Assembly (NCBI GenBank): GCA_905339405.1
Contig: CAJPGC010000030.1
Span: forward strand, 43,956 to 107,955
From: an uncultured bacterium
Lineage (GTDB): Bacteria > Desulfobacterota > GWC2-55-46
DNA length: 64,000 bases
Reading direction: 5' to 3'
The notes beneath the pieces are model-generated. The model was not told where the DNA came from and did no database searches. It was given only the letters and a program-made list of their open reading frames with translations. The translations under genes and the position numbers were made by a program. Below, one piece after another: positions 46,459 to 56,135 of the stretch (the stretch's first letter is position 1; every line of letters starts with the position of its first letter).

Positions 46459-47729
46459 GATTCGAAAACGTGAACGATATAGCCGCGTGGAGGCTGTGCC
46501 TGGGCTGCGGTGCCTGCGCGTGGGCTTGCGAAAACAAGGCTGTCAACCTCATCGACGTAACTGACGACGGCATAAGGCCGTCCGTCGGCGAAAGCTGCCA
46601 GGGATGCGGCCGCTGCGTGGAGGTCTGCCCCGGGGCCGACACTTCACACGGAAAATGGGCCGAAGGCGTAGACCCGGAGCTTTCATCTTCCTGGGGCCCT
46701 GTGTTCGAGGTCTGGGAAGGACACGCAGCAGACCCGGAAGTAAGGTTCAAGGGCTCTTCAGGCGGCGCGGCCACCGCGCTTGCCCTTTACTGCCTGGAAA
46801 AAGAAGGGCTCTACGGAGCCGTCCACGCGGGAGCCGACAAGGACGAGCCATGGAAGAACAAAACCCAGCTCAGCAAAAGCCGCGAAGAGCTGCTCGGCAA
46901 ATCCGGCTCAAGATACTCACCTGCCTCTCCCTGCGACGGGCTCGGCATAATGGAGGCGGCGCCCTCACCCAGCGTCTTCATCGGGAAGCCCTGCGACGTA
47001 GCAGGCCTCAGGAAGGCACAGGCCATAAGCGCCGAGCTCGACAGCAGGACGGCCCTGGCGATTAGCATATTCTGCGCGGGCACGCCCTCGACTAAAGGCA
47101 CGATCGACCTGCTGGCGCGATTCCGGAAAGAACCCTCTGAGATAGAATCGCTTAGATACAGAGGGAACGGCTGGCCCGGCAACTGGACTGCCGAATCGAG
47201 CGCCGGGACCTCAAGCATACCGTACAAAACAGCCTGGAGCTTCCTGCAAAGGTATCGCCCGCTCCGATGTCAACTTTGCCCCGATGGCACCGGCGAGTTC
47301 GCTGACATATCATGCGGCGACCCCTGGTACAGGGAGATAACGCCCGGGGAGCCCGGCCTTTCGCTCATCCTGGCGAGAACGGATAAAGGCAGGCGGGTTC
47401 TCAAGGCTGCCGCGGAGGCAGGCTATCTTAAGATAAAAAAAATCGACTCCAGCCTCCTTGAAAAATCCCAGGCGAACCTGCTGGCAAAAAGAAGGGCCAT
47501 CTGGGGAAGGCTGCTTGGTTTGAGGCTTCTTCTGGCCCCTGTCCCCACTCTCAGCGGCTTCAGCCTCTTTGAAAACTGGAAGGGCCTCAGCGCCTACGAA
47601 AAACTGAGGAGCGTCGCAGGCACCCTGAGACGCGCGCTAAGGCGGGAGTATTACAGGAGGTCCAGGTCATTCCCTGTCCGCGCCGTCCTAAGGGACATCT
47701 CAATCATCCGAAAGCGAGGAGCAATATGA
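46455..47729 (+). CDS. FrhB/FdhB-like (F420 hydrogenase beta subunit) Fe-S flavoprotein with 2x[4Fe-4S]
   Basis: CLGCGACAWAC, CQGCGRCVEVCP, SSGG, GSRY, GKPC, FCAG, YRG.GWPG and RC..CPD...ADISCGD. Confidence 0.9.
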   Translation: MRFENVNDIAAWRLCLGCGACAWACENKAVNLIDVTDDGIRPSVGESCQGCGRCVEVCPGADTSHGKWAEGVDPELSSSWGPVFEVWEGHAADPEVRFKGSSGGAATALALYCLEKEGLYGAVHAGADKDEPWKNKTQLSKSREELLGKSGSRYSPASPCDGLGIMEAAPSPSVFIGKPCDVAGLRKAQAISAELDSRTALAISIFCAGTPSTKGTIDLLARFRKEPSEIESLRYRGNGWPGNWTAESSAGTSSIPYKTAWSFLQRYRPLRCQLCPDGTGEFADISCGDPWYREITPGEPGLSLILARTDKGRRVLKAAAEAGYLKIKKIDSSLLEKSQANLLAKRRAIWGRLLGLRLLLAPVPTLSGFSLFENWKGLSAYEKLRSVAGTLRRALRREYYRRSRSFPVRAVLRDISIIRKRGAI

Positions 47730-48868
47730 AAACAGAAAAGCTTTTCAAGACGCCGCTGACGCCCGCGCAGATATCCAACAGCGAGCTTAACCTCAGGGAG
47801 TTCAAAGAAGGCAGGACCGAGCTTGCGTCCAGCCCCAGGAGGATAGTATTCGAGCTTACGAACAGGTGCAACTTCCAGTGCATCATGTGCGGACGCGAGG
47901 CCGTCAACTTCAAGACGAAAGACCTCCCGGTAGACGTGGTGAAGGCCTGCGAGCCGTTCTACGGACAAACAGAAGAAGTCACCCTTCACGGCTGGGGAGA
48001 AGGCACGCTCCACCCGAAGACAGCCGAGGTCCTCGAGTACCTCAACTCGTTCCCCATGCTCAGAAAGTATTTCGTCACCAACGGGTCGACCATGCCGCGC
48101 ATAATGGGGCCGATATTCGCCCACCACGTCGACCTCGTCGCTGTCTCTCTCGACGGGGCCACGCCCGAGACTAACAACGGGATAAGAAAAGGCGGGGACT
48201 TCAACCGCGAGGTCGCCTCGATAAGGCTGCTTATGGAGGAGAAGGCGAAGCGCGGCGCTAACTACCCCTACGTGAACCTCGTCTTCACGGCGATGGCGCG
48301 GAACATCCACGAGCTCCCCAAGATGGTCGAGCTCGCCAGGGAACTCGGCCTCCCAGAGGTCAAGGTAGTCTATCTGACCATCTTCAACGAAGCGCTCGCA
48401 GCCGAATCGCTCGTCGACAGACAGCAGCTCGTCATGGAACACTTTGGCAAGGCAATGGAGCTTGCTGAAAAATACGGCATAAACCTGAAACTTCCGGAGA
48501 TACAGGGTGCCGGGGAGGCAGGCCTGATGAAGCACAAGACCTGCCCTTTCCCCTGGCGTGACCTTTACATCGGCAGCGACGGGTACGTGCGCCCCTGCCA
48601 GTCGTCTGCGGACAAGCTCCTTCACATCGGCGGCTACGGCAGCTTCGAGGCGGTCTGGAACTCGGAACCCATGCAGAAAATGAGGTCGACCGTTAACGAC
48701 CCTGAAGCGATGCCCGCCGGTTGCGCGAACTGCTATCACAGCAGCTGCGCCAACTGGAACCTTTCGACGAGCTTCGTGCAGCTCGGGAAGAAATTCGCTC
48801 CGGACTGGATGGCGGACAAGGGGAAAGCCGCGGCAGCTGTCGAGACATTGAAGGCCGCTGTTGAATAG
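47726..48868 (+). CDS. Radical SAM protein with a SPASM/twitch domain
   Basis: CNFQCIMC, GWGEG, TNG and SLDG; C-terminal CPFPW...G.V.PC...CANC...C. Confidence 0.92.
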   Translation: MKTEKLFKTPLTPAQISNSELNLREFKEGRTELASSPRRIVFELTNRCNFQCIMCGREAVNFKTKDLPVDVVKACEPFYGQTEEVTLHGWGEGTLHPKTAEVLEYLNSFPMLRKYFVTNGSTMPRIMGPIFAHHVDLVAVSLDGATPETNNGIRKGGDFNREVASIRLLMEEKAKRGANYPYVNLVFTAMARNIHELPKMVELARELGLPEVKVVYLTIFNEALAAESLVDRQQLVMEHFGKAMELAEKYGINLKLPEIQGAGEAGLMKHKTCPFPWRDLYIGSDGYVRPCQSSADKLLHIGGYGSFEAVWNSEPMQKMRSTVNDPEAMPAGCANCYHSSCANWNLSTSFVQLGKKFAPDWMADKGKAAAAVETLKAAVE

Positions 48869-48901
48869 ACGGCTGGAAAAAAGAGCAAAGGAGACAAAGC
48901 C

Positions 48902-49669
48902 ATGAAGGTCGGCATACTCGCGGGCGGCTTCGGCTCAAGGCTCGCCGAGGAGACGGAGATAAAGCCAAAGCCGATGGTGGAGATAGGCAACAGGCCCATG
49001 CTCTGGCACATAATGATGTACTACGCCGCGTACGGCTTCAGCGACTTCGTAGTGGCGCTCGGGTACAAGGGCGGATACATAAAGAGCTGGATGAAGGACT
49101 ACTGCGCCATGAACAGCAACATGACCGTAAAGCTCGGGACCGGCGAAGTCATTCTCAAAAAAGGCGACCTCCCCGACTGGACGGTCGACCTCGTCGACAC
49201 CGGCCCCTCCACCATGACCGGCGGCCGCATTAAAAGACTCAAGCCCTGGCTCGGGGAAGAGACTTTCATGCTGACGTGGGGCGACGGGGTATCGGACGTC
49301 GACCTCGACGACCTGCTCTCTTTCCACAGGTCCCACGGCAAGCTCGCTACTCTTACGGCAGTAAGGCCGCCAGCGAGGTTCGGCCACCTCAAGATGAAAG
49401 AAAACAGCGTCACCGAGTTCTCCGAGAAGCCGCAGACAGCCGAGGGATGGATAAACGGGGCCTTCTTCGTGCTCGAGCCCGAAGTCTTCGACTACATCGA
49501 CGGCGACGAGACGCAGTTCGAAAAAGAGCCGCTCGAGGGCCTTGCAAGAGACGGACAGCTCATGGCGTATACACATAACTCATTCTGGCAGTGCATGGAC
49601 ACGCTCCGTGACAAAAGGCTCCTGGAGAAGCTCTGGGAAAGCGGAAAAGCGCCGTGGAAGAGGTGGTAA
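48902..49669 (+). CDS. rfbF: Glucose-1-phosphate cytidylyltransferase
   Basis: [34 protein letters not shown] and [10 protein letters not shown]. Confidence 0.94.
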   Translation: MKVGILAGGFGSRLAEETEIKPKPMVEIGNRPMLWHIMMYYAAYGFSDFVVALGYKGGYIKSWMKDYCAMNSNMTVKLGTGEVILKKGDLPDWTVDLVDTGPSTMTGGRIKRLKPWLGEETFMLTWGDGVSDVDLDDLLSFHRSHGKLATLTAVRPPARFGHLKMKENSVTEFSEKPQTAEGWINGAFFVLEPEVFDYIDGDETQFEKEPLEGLARDGQLMAYTHNSFWQCMDTLRDKRLLEKLWESGKAPWKRW

Positions 49670-49689
49670 ATCAAAAGAAGGAGAAGGAG

Positions 49690-50919
49690 ATGGACAGAGC
49701 CAAATCTAAATGCCGCTCATGCGGCAGCAGGAACCTGCAGACGGTCCTGGACCTGGGGCGCACTCCGCTCGCGGACGCACTGCTTACGGCCGACGACCTT
49801 ATGAAGCCTGAGCCGGTCTACCCGCTCGAGGTCGCCTTCTGCGCCGATTGCAGCCTCGTGCAGATACTCGAGACCGTGCCGCCCGACGTGCTCTTCTGCA
49901 GGCATTACCCATACTACTCGTCGTTCTCCGACGAGCTTCTGAGGCACTCGAGGGAGAACGCCCTCGAACTCATCGACTCCAGGGGGCTGAACGACAAGAG
50001 CCTCGTCATTGAGATAGCCTCCAACGACGGCTACCTCCTCAAGAACTTCGTTGAAAAGAACATACCCTGCATGGGAGTCGACCCGGCCGAAGGCCCGGCC
50101 GAGTCGGCGGAGAAGATAGGCGTGCCCACGCTCTGCGGCTTTTTCAACCATGAGCTCGCCAGGCAGCTCCGGGGCGTGGGGAAAAGGGCAGACGTCATAA
50201 TAGCCAACAACGTGCTTGCTCACGTGGCCGACATCAACGGCTTTCTCGACGGCATAAGGATACTCCTCAAGGACGGAGGAGTCGCGGTAATAGAGGTGCC
50301 CTACGTCCGCGACCTGGTAGACAACTGCGAATTCGACACCATATATCATGAGCACCTGTGCTATTTTTCGGCTACATCGGTCGACAGCCTCCTGAGGTCG
50401 CATTCGCTCTACCTGAACAAGGTCAAACGAGTGCCTATACACGGCGGGTCTCTGAGGCTCTTCATAGGGCTGAGGGACGAGCCGGACGAGACTGTCACAT
50501 GGCTGCTGGCTGAGGAGCGGGGCAAGGGGGTCGGCGAGTTCTCCTATTACAACGACTTCGCCATAAAGGTCACGAACATAAGAGAGGGGCTCAAGAGCAT
50601 GCTCCGCTCCCTCAAGGACCAGGGCAGCAGGATAGCAGCCTACGGGGCCGCGGCCAAGGGCGCGACGCTCATCAACTACGTCGGGCTCGACAACGGGACT
50701 ATCGACTTCGTGGTCGACAGGAACGTCCACAAGCAGGGCAAGTTCATGCCCGGCAAGCACATACCCATAGCCTCTCCCGAAAAGCTCCTGACGGAGATGC
50801 CTGATTTCGTCCTGCTCCTGGCCTGGAACTTCGCCGAGGAGATAATAAGGCAGCAGGAAGAGTACAGGAGCAGGGGCGGGAAGTTCATACTGCCTATACC
50901 AGAGTGGAAGATAGCGTAA
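49690..50919 (+). CDS. NDP-hexose C-methyltransferase (Zn-binding, class I SAM)
   Basis: CRSC..CADC, EIASNDG, NNVLAHV, IYHEH and YGAAAKG. Confidence 0.92.
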   Translation: MDRAKSKCRSCGSRNLQTVLDLGRTPLADALLTADDLMKPEPVYPLEVAFCADCSLVQILETVPPDVLFCRHYPYYSSFSDELLRHSRENALELIDSRGLNDKSLVIEIASNDGYLLKNFVEKNIPCMGVDPAEGPAESAEKIGVPTLCGFFNHELARQLRGVGKRADVIIANNVLAHVADINGFLDGIRILLKDGGVAVIEVPYVRDLVDNCEFDTIYHEHLCYFSATSVDSLLRSHSLYLNKVKRVPIHGGSLRLFIGLRDEPDETVTWLLAEERGKGVGEFSYYNDFAIKVTNIREGLKSMLRSLKDQGSRIAAYGAAAKGATLINYVGLDNGTIDFVVDRNVHKQGKFMPGKHIPIASPEKLLTEMPDFVLLLAWNFAEEIIRQQEEYRSRGGKFILPIPEWKIA

Positions 50920-50930
50920 AAGGAGCCCGG

Positions 50931-52142
50931 ATGGATTACAGCCACAAAAACGAAAGCTCTTTACTTGCCGCGGAGACGCATTCGTGCCCGAGCTGCGGGA
51001 AAGAGGCCATGAGGGAATTCTATTCTTTCCAGGGCGCGCCGGTGCACAGCGTCCTTCTCTTCCCGACCCGGGAAGAGGCGCTCGCCTATCCCAAAGGGGA
51101 GATAAGGCTCGCGTTCTGCGAAGGGTGCGGCTTCATCTCGAATACAGCCTACGACCTCGCGGTGCAGGAGTACTCCGGAAACTGCGAAGAGACGCAGGGC
51201 TACTCGGAGACTTTCAATTCGTTCGCGAGAAAGCTCGCTGGCGAGCTAATCGAGAAGTACTCTCTCAAGGGCCGTCACATAGTCGAGATAGGATGCGGCA
51301 AGGGAGAGTTCCTCTCCATGCTTTGCGAGATGGGAGGGAACACGGGGACCGGGTTCGACCCGGCCTACGTCGACGGCAGGTACGCGACATCGTCCGGCGT
51401 AAGCTTCATTAAAGATTTCTACTCGGTGAAGTACTCCGGCACAAGGGCAGAATTCATAATCTGCAAGATGACTCTGGAGCACATTGGGGCCACCGGGAAA
51501 TTTCTCGCAACGCTCAGGAGGTCGCTTGAAGGAAGCCCCGAGACGGTGCTTTTCTTCCAGGTCCCGGACGTCACGCGTGTCTTGAGCGAGCTGGCCTTCT
51601 GGGACATCTACTACGAGCACTGCTCGTACTTCAGCCCCGGGTCGCTCGCAAGGCTCTTCAGGGCCGCCGGTTTCGAGGTAACTGGCATAAGGCGGGACTA
51701 CGGAGGCCAGTACATAATGCTCGAGGCCAGGCCTGCCAGCTCGCCGCCGACAAGGCCGGCTCCGGAGGAAGACGACCTGGAGACGATCAAGGGCCTTGTA
51801 GAGTACTTCACGTCAAACATCGAGGCAAAGACCTCGTCATGGAAAACACGGCTTTCGGAATTCGTGAAAAAAGGGCGCAAGACCGTGATATGGGGCTCGG
51901 GCTCGAAAGGAGTCGCTTTCCTCACCACGCTTGGGACCGGCGGCGAGGTTCTGAACGCCGTAGACATAAACCCCTACAGGAAGGGGACGTACATGGCGGG
52001 AACCGGCCACGAGATAGTAGACCCCGGCCGCCTCGTGAAGCTAAAGCCTGACGAAGTCATAGTGATGAACCCGGTCTATATGAGCGAAGTCGAAAACGAG
52101 CTCAAAAGACTCGGCATAAAGGCCGAACTTCTCACGGCCTGA
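50931..52142 (+). CDS. C-methyltransferase-family paralogue 2
   Basis: CPSC..CEGC, EIGCGKG, LEHI, IYYEH and WGSGSKG. Confidence 0.88.
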   Translation: MDYSHKNESSLLAAETHSCPSCGKEAMREFYSFQGAPVHSVLLFPTREEALAYPKGEIRLAFCEGCGFISNTAYDLAVQEYSGNCEETQGYSETFNSFARKLAGELIEKYSLKGRHIVEIGCGKGEFLSMLCEMGGNTGTGFDPAYVDGRYATSSGVSFIKDFYSVKYSGTRAEFIICKMTLEHIGATGKFLATLRRSLEGSPETVLFFQVPDVTRVLSELAFWDIYYEHCSYFSPGSLARLFRAAGFEVTGIRRDYGGQYIMLEARPASSPPTRPAPEEDDLETIKGLVEYFTSNIEAKTSSWKTRLSEFVKKGRKTVIWGSGSKGVAFLTTLGTGGEVLNAVDINPYRKGTYMAGTGHEIVDPGRLVKLKPDEVIVMNPVYMSEVENELKRLGIKAELLTA

Positions 52143-52148
52143 AACCTG

Positions 52149-53327
52149 ATGACCGGCAGAAATAACAAGTGCCCGATATGCGAATCCGGGGCGGTGCTGC
52201 TGTTCGCCGAAGTCAAGGATGCCCTGGTCCACTGCAATACGCTCTGGAAGAGCAGGGAGATGGCGCTCAAGGCCCGTAGAGGCGTCCTGAAGCTCGGCTT
52301 CTGCAACAGGTGCGGCCACGTCTTCAACACCGCGTTCGACCCCGAGGCGATGAAGTACGCAGAGGAATACGAGAACTCCCTGCACTTCTCCCCTGTTTTC
52401 CAGGACTATGCCCGGTCGCTCGCAGTGAAGCTCATAGAACGCTACGGGCTTTATGAAAAGGAGATAATAGAGATAGGCTGCGGCAAGGGTGATTTTCTCC
52501 TCCTCATGTCCGAGCTCGGCGGGAACAGCGGCATAGGTTTCGACGCGAGCTTCATCCGGGACCGCAACGACAGCAGGAGCAGAAAAGTCTCGTTCATACA
52601 GGACCTTTATTCGGAAAAATACGCGCACTTCAAGGGCGACATGATATTGAGCCGCCAGGTGCTCGAACACATCAGGTCGCCGCGCTCTTTCGTCAGGAAG
52701 ATGCGCTCAGCGACGGGCTCCCGCCCGGGGGCAATGGTCTTCTGCGAAGTCCCGAATTTTATGCACACAATTAAAGAGCTCGCAGTCTGGGACATCATTT
52801 ACGAACATTACTCGTACTTCACTCCCCTTTCATTCCGCCGTCTTTTCAATTCAGACGGCTTCCGTGTCCAAAGCCTCGAGGAAGGCTTCAACGGCCAGTT
52901 CCTCTGCCTGGAGGCCGCCCCGGTCGAAAATATGCATAAAACGGCCGAGGAAGCGCCCGGCCTGGATTCTTTAATGCGCGAAGTATCTGCATTCTTCCAC
53001 CGCTACACAAACAAGATAGCGGCTTGGAAAAACGAGCTCGAAAAGATAGCCGCTAGGGGGCAGAGAGCGGCAGTCTGGGGTGCTGGCTCAAAGGGGGTCT
53101 CATTTCTCAATACCCTGAAGACGGCCGCAGAGATAGACCACGTCATAGATATAAACCCCTACAAACAGGGAAACTACGTGCCCGGGACCGGCCAGGAGAT
53201 AGTAGGCCCCGAAGCGCTGCGTGAAATAGACCCGGACCTGATAATAATAATGAACCCAATATACACAAGCGAGATCTGGGAGACTGTCAAACGGATGGGG
53301 CTCAAATGCAGGCTCCTAACAGCATGA
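52149..53327 (+). CDS. C-methyltransferase-family paralogue 3
   Basis: CPIC..CNRC, EIGCGKG, LEHI, IIYEH and WGAGSKG. Confidence 0.88.
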   Translation: MTGRNNKCPICESGAVLLFAEVKDALVHCNTLWKSREMALKARRGVLKLGFCNRCGHVFNTAFDPEAMKYAEEYENSLHFSPVFQDYARSLAVKLIERYGLYEKEIIEIGCGKGDFLLLMSELGGNSGIGFDASFIRDRNDSRSRKVSFIQDLYSEKYAHFKGDMILSRQVLEHIRSPRSFVRKMRSATGSRPGAMVFCEVPNFMHTIKELAVWDIIYEHYSYFTPLSFRRLFNSDGFRVQSLEEGFNGQFLCLEAAPVENMHKTAEEAPGLDSLMREVSAFFHRYTNKIAAWKNELEKIAARGQRAAVWGAGSKGVSFLNTLKTAAEIDHVIDINPYKQGNYVPGTGQEIVGPEALREIDPDLIIIMNPIYTSEIWETVKRMGLKCRLLTA

Positions 53328-53338
53328 AAGGACCGCTG

Positions 53339-54247
53339 ATGGAAAAAACACCGAGGATAAGCATCGGTCTGCCTGTCTACAACGCGGAAAAATACCTGCG
53401 GCACGCCCTTGACGGTATCCTTTCACAGACCTTCACGGACTTCGAGCTCATAATCTGCGACAACGCCTCGACCGACTCGACTCCCGAGATATGCGGCTCT
53501 TACGCGGCCTCCGACAGCCGGATACGCTTTTACAGGAACGAGCGGAACCTCGGCGCGGCCGAAAACTTCAACAAGGTCTTCAGGCTCGCCAGGGCCGATT
53601 ATTTCAAATGGATCGCGTATGACGACATCTGCATGCCGACTTTCCTCGAAAAATGCGTGGAGGTCCTGGAGAGGCACCCGGAAGTTGCGCTGTGCTACCC
53701 AAAGACAACGCTCATTGACGCGGATGGCGGAGAGATCATGAAGTACGAGGACAGGCTCCACATGATGCAAGCCTCTCCGCACGACAGGCTGAGGCACTTC
53801 CTCACAAAGGTAAACCTGGCGAACGCCGTTTTCGGGGTGATAAGGACTCCGGTCCTCAGGCAGACCGGGCTCCTGGGGAAATACTTCGGCGCCGATTACA
53901 TCCTGCTGATGGAGATATGCCTCAGGGGCAAGTTCTACGAGTATCCGGAGCACCTGTTCCTCAGAAGGGACCACGAGAGGAACTCGAGACGCCTCCCGAG
54001 AAAAGAGATAGCTGTCTGGTGGGACAGCTCGAGGAAGACCGTCTACAAGTACATCCAGAGCAGGCTCGTCTCAGAGCAGTTCCTCGCGATAAACCGCTCG
54101 GGCCTCGGTTGGTTTGAAAAAGGGCTCTGCTTCGCGCAGATAGGCAGATGGATATTGAGGCAATGGCGGGCAAAGGGCGGCAGGTACAAGGCAAACCTGA
54201 AGGGGAAGGTTTCGGTCCCAAAGCCCCAGAAGAACTCAGTCTTTTGA
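53339..54247 (+). CDS. GT2 glycosyltransferase (alternative start 53324)
   Basis: SIGLPVYNAE, DNASTD, NLGAAENFN and AYDD. Confidence 0.92.
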   Translation: MEKTPRISIGLPVYNAEKYLRHALDGILSQTFTDFELIICDNASTDSTPEICGSYAASDSRIRFYRNERNLGAAENFNKVFRLARADYFKWIAYDDICMPTFLEKCVEVLERHPEVALCYPKTTLIDADGGEIMKYEDRLHMMQASPHDRLRHFLTKVNLANAVFGVIRTPVLRQTGLLGKYFGADYILLMEICLRGKFYEYPEHLFLRRDHERNSRRLPRKEIAVWWDSSRKTVYKYIQSRLVSEQFLAINRSGLGWFEKGLCFAQIGRWILRQWRAKGGRYKANLKGKVSVPKPQKNSVF

Positions 54248-55270
54248 TTGCGAGATTCTTTTTCCGGAAAGCATTCCAAAGAGCGCGCCAGCGGCCGCGC
54301 CGGAAGTATTGAGCACCAGGTCGGAGAGCTGCGAGAACCGCTCAGGCATGAATACCTGGGCCGTCTCTATCGACAGTGACAGGGCAAAGCAGACTGAAAC
54401 GGCGAAGATGAGCTTCATGGCGGCGCTCCGGGCGGCGGGCTTAAAGAAATAGGCCAGAAACCCCAGCGGCATGAAGCCGATGAGGTTAACTGCAACGTCA
54501 GCGCCGTCGAACCGGAAACTTCTCCCGCTTTCGAAGACCGGGCCCAGGAAGACCCTTTTCGCGGGCCTGAATACAGGCGGCAAGGATATCTGAGGCCCTC
54601 CCGTGACCGAGTTTTTAACCAGAGGTCCGCTCCCATCGAAAAGGTAAAGACCTGTGAGCCCTGATGCCGGCCCTGCTGCCAAAGAGGCTTCAGGCAATCC
54701 GGCCTCTTCAGGTGAAAGCGCCCTGTTCCATAGCGCGAGGCTCCTGAGGCTCCCATGCCAGTGATGTCTTCCATCAGGTGAAGAGCCGAGAGTAAAGCAG
54801 GCCGCCTTCTCGATCGCGTAAGACGGATTCAGGGAACGCCCTGCGAACTTCCCGTCTACATACAGTATGATTCCGCCCTTTCCGGCGGCGACAAGAATAG
54901 AGGCCCACTTGTCTTTTGAAAATGCCGACCTTGCGCCTGTAACTGCCTCTGAGCCAATGTTGATTATTGCCCGGCCGCTCCATTGAGATACGCTTAAAAC
55001 TTCTTTACCGGCGGCGTCATAAAAAGAGAGCAAAGCGCCTGACCGGTCCATTAAAAAATCCCGCGCGACGGCTGAAATCTCTATTGTCGCCTCCCCTGCC
55101 GGGAAAAGCGGAGCGCTGGCGCAGGCCCCTGCGATACCTGAGCCGGTAAATTCGAGACTCTGCCCGTTGAGCCTGGCCCCGTTTTCAGGGCTTGTCTCAA
55201 AAGGCCACAAACCAGCGACGAGAGCGACGACGACCATGACAGAGAACAGGACCGGGACGAGAAACCTCAT
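54236..55270 (-). CDS. LamG/concanavalin-like domain plus C-terminal VanZ membrane protein
   Basis: N-terminal TM ending LVAGLWPF; LamG-like LYVDG, LG....HWHG.L...ALWNRALS; VanZ-like D...N.IGFMPLG, IETAQ.F.P.R.S..SD...NT.G. Confidence 0.8.
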   Translation of the reverse strand: MRFLVPVLFSVMVVVALVAGLWPFETSPENGARLNGQSLEFTGSGIAGACASAPLFPAGEATIEISAVARDFLMDRSGALLSFYDAAGKEVLSVSQWSGRAIINIGSEAVTGARSAFSKDKWASILVAAGKGGIILYVDGKFAGRSLNPSYAIEKAACFTLGSSPDGRHHWHGSLRSLALWNRALSPEEAGLPEASLAAGPASGLTGLYLFDGSGPLVKNSVTGGPQISLPPVFRPAKRVFLGPVFESGRSFRFDGADVAVNLIGFMPLGFLAYFFKPAARSAAMKLIFAVSVCFALSLSIETAQVFMPERFSQLSDLVLNTSGAAAGALFGMLSGKRISQSKD

Positions 55271-56111
55271 CTTCGCGTTGTTTGCGGCATTTTCAGTCTT
55301 CATCTATTCGCCTTATCTCATTGCTCTTTATAATCTCTCGAGTGAAAACGAGCTGTACTCCTACGCGCCTTTCATCCCGCTTTTCAGCGCGTACCTCCTT
55401 TATTCTAATCGGAAGAAGATATTCACGCAAACGGGATTTTCAAACCGGGGCATTGCGCTGATAATCGCCTCCGGGCTCCTTTACGCCGCCGCTCAGTTCT
55501 CAGCCCTGAGCGGAGACAACATACTCACTGTCATGGCAGTGTCCTGGGCCGCGTTTCTGTCCGGCGGCTTCATGACGGTTTACGGGACAAGGGCCGCCAG
55601 GGCAGGCGCCTTTCCGCTCGCCTTTCTCCTGTTCATGGCCCCCCTGCCCCAATCTGCGGTCGACACGCTGACGCAGTTACTCCAGTCCTGGTCAGCGGAG
55701 ACGGCCTGGTGGCTCTTTAACCTCGTCGGCGCACCGGTCCACAGGGAGGGCTACTTCTTCCACCTGCCCGGACTCACGGTAGAGGTCGCCAAACAGTGCA
55801 GCGGGATAAGATCGAGCATGGCTCTTTTCATCTCCGGGGTCCTCGCGTCCCACCTGTTCCTTAGGACCTGGCCAGCCAGGGGCGCGCTCCTCGCGGCAGT
55901 CGTGCCGATAGCAGTCCTCAAGAACGGGCTCAGGATAACGGCCTTGACGCTCTCCGGGTATTACGTCGACGAGCGGATGCTCTACGGGAGCCTGCACACG
56001 AGGGGCGGCATGCTTTTTTTCGGCGTCGCTATCGCCCTCGCCGGGTGTGCCGTCTGGGGGCTCCGAGCGCTCGAGCGCAAATCGGCAAAAAAAAATGCCG
56101 CGGGGGCCTGA
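55236..56111 (+). CDS. Exosortase (EpsH/Xrt family), with no fused EpsI domain
   Basis: YSY..FIP, FPL.FL.F..PLP, VA..CSGIRS (Cys), NGLR (Arg) and LH...G (His). Confidence 0.92.
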   Translation: MTENRTGTRNLIFALFAAFSVFIYSPYLIALYNLSSENELYSYAPFIPLFSAYLLYSNRKKIFTQTGFSNRGIALIIASGLLYAAAQFSALSGDNILTVMAVSWAAFLSGGFMTVYGTRAARAGAFPLAFLLFMAPLPQSAVDTLTQLLQSWSAETAWWLFNLVGAPVHREGYFFHLPGLTVEVAKQCSGIRSSMALFISGVLASHLFLRTWPARGALLAAVVPIAVLKNGLRITALTLSGYYVDERMLYGSLHTRGGMLFFGVAIALAGCAVWGLRALERKSAKKNAAGA

Positions 56112-56126
56112 GCCCCCGCGGCTTTT
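56088..56126. terminator. Bidirectional terminator
   Basis: A-tract, GCCGCGGGGGC-CTGA-GCCCCCGCGGC, then TTTT. Confidence 0.85.
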
Positions 56127-56135
56127 GTTGCGGCT

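Noticed and set aside
46455-47729. Evidence for F420-dependent or methanogen-like metabolism
   Set aside because: A lone FrhB-like gene inside a polysaccharide operon, with no hydrogenase subunits or F420 biosynthesis genes in the window.
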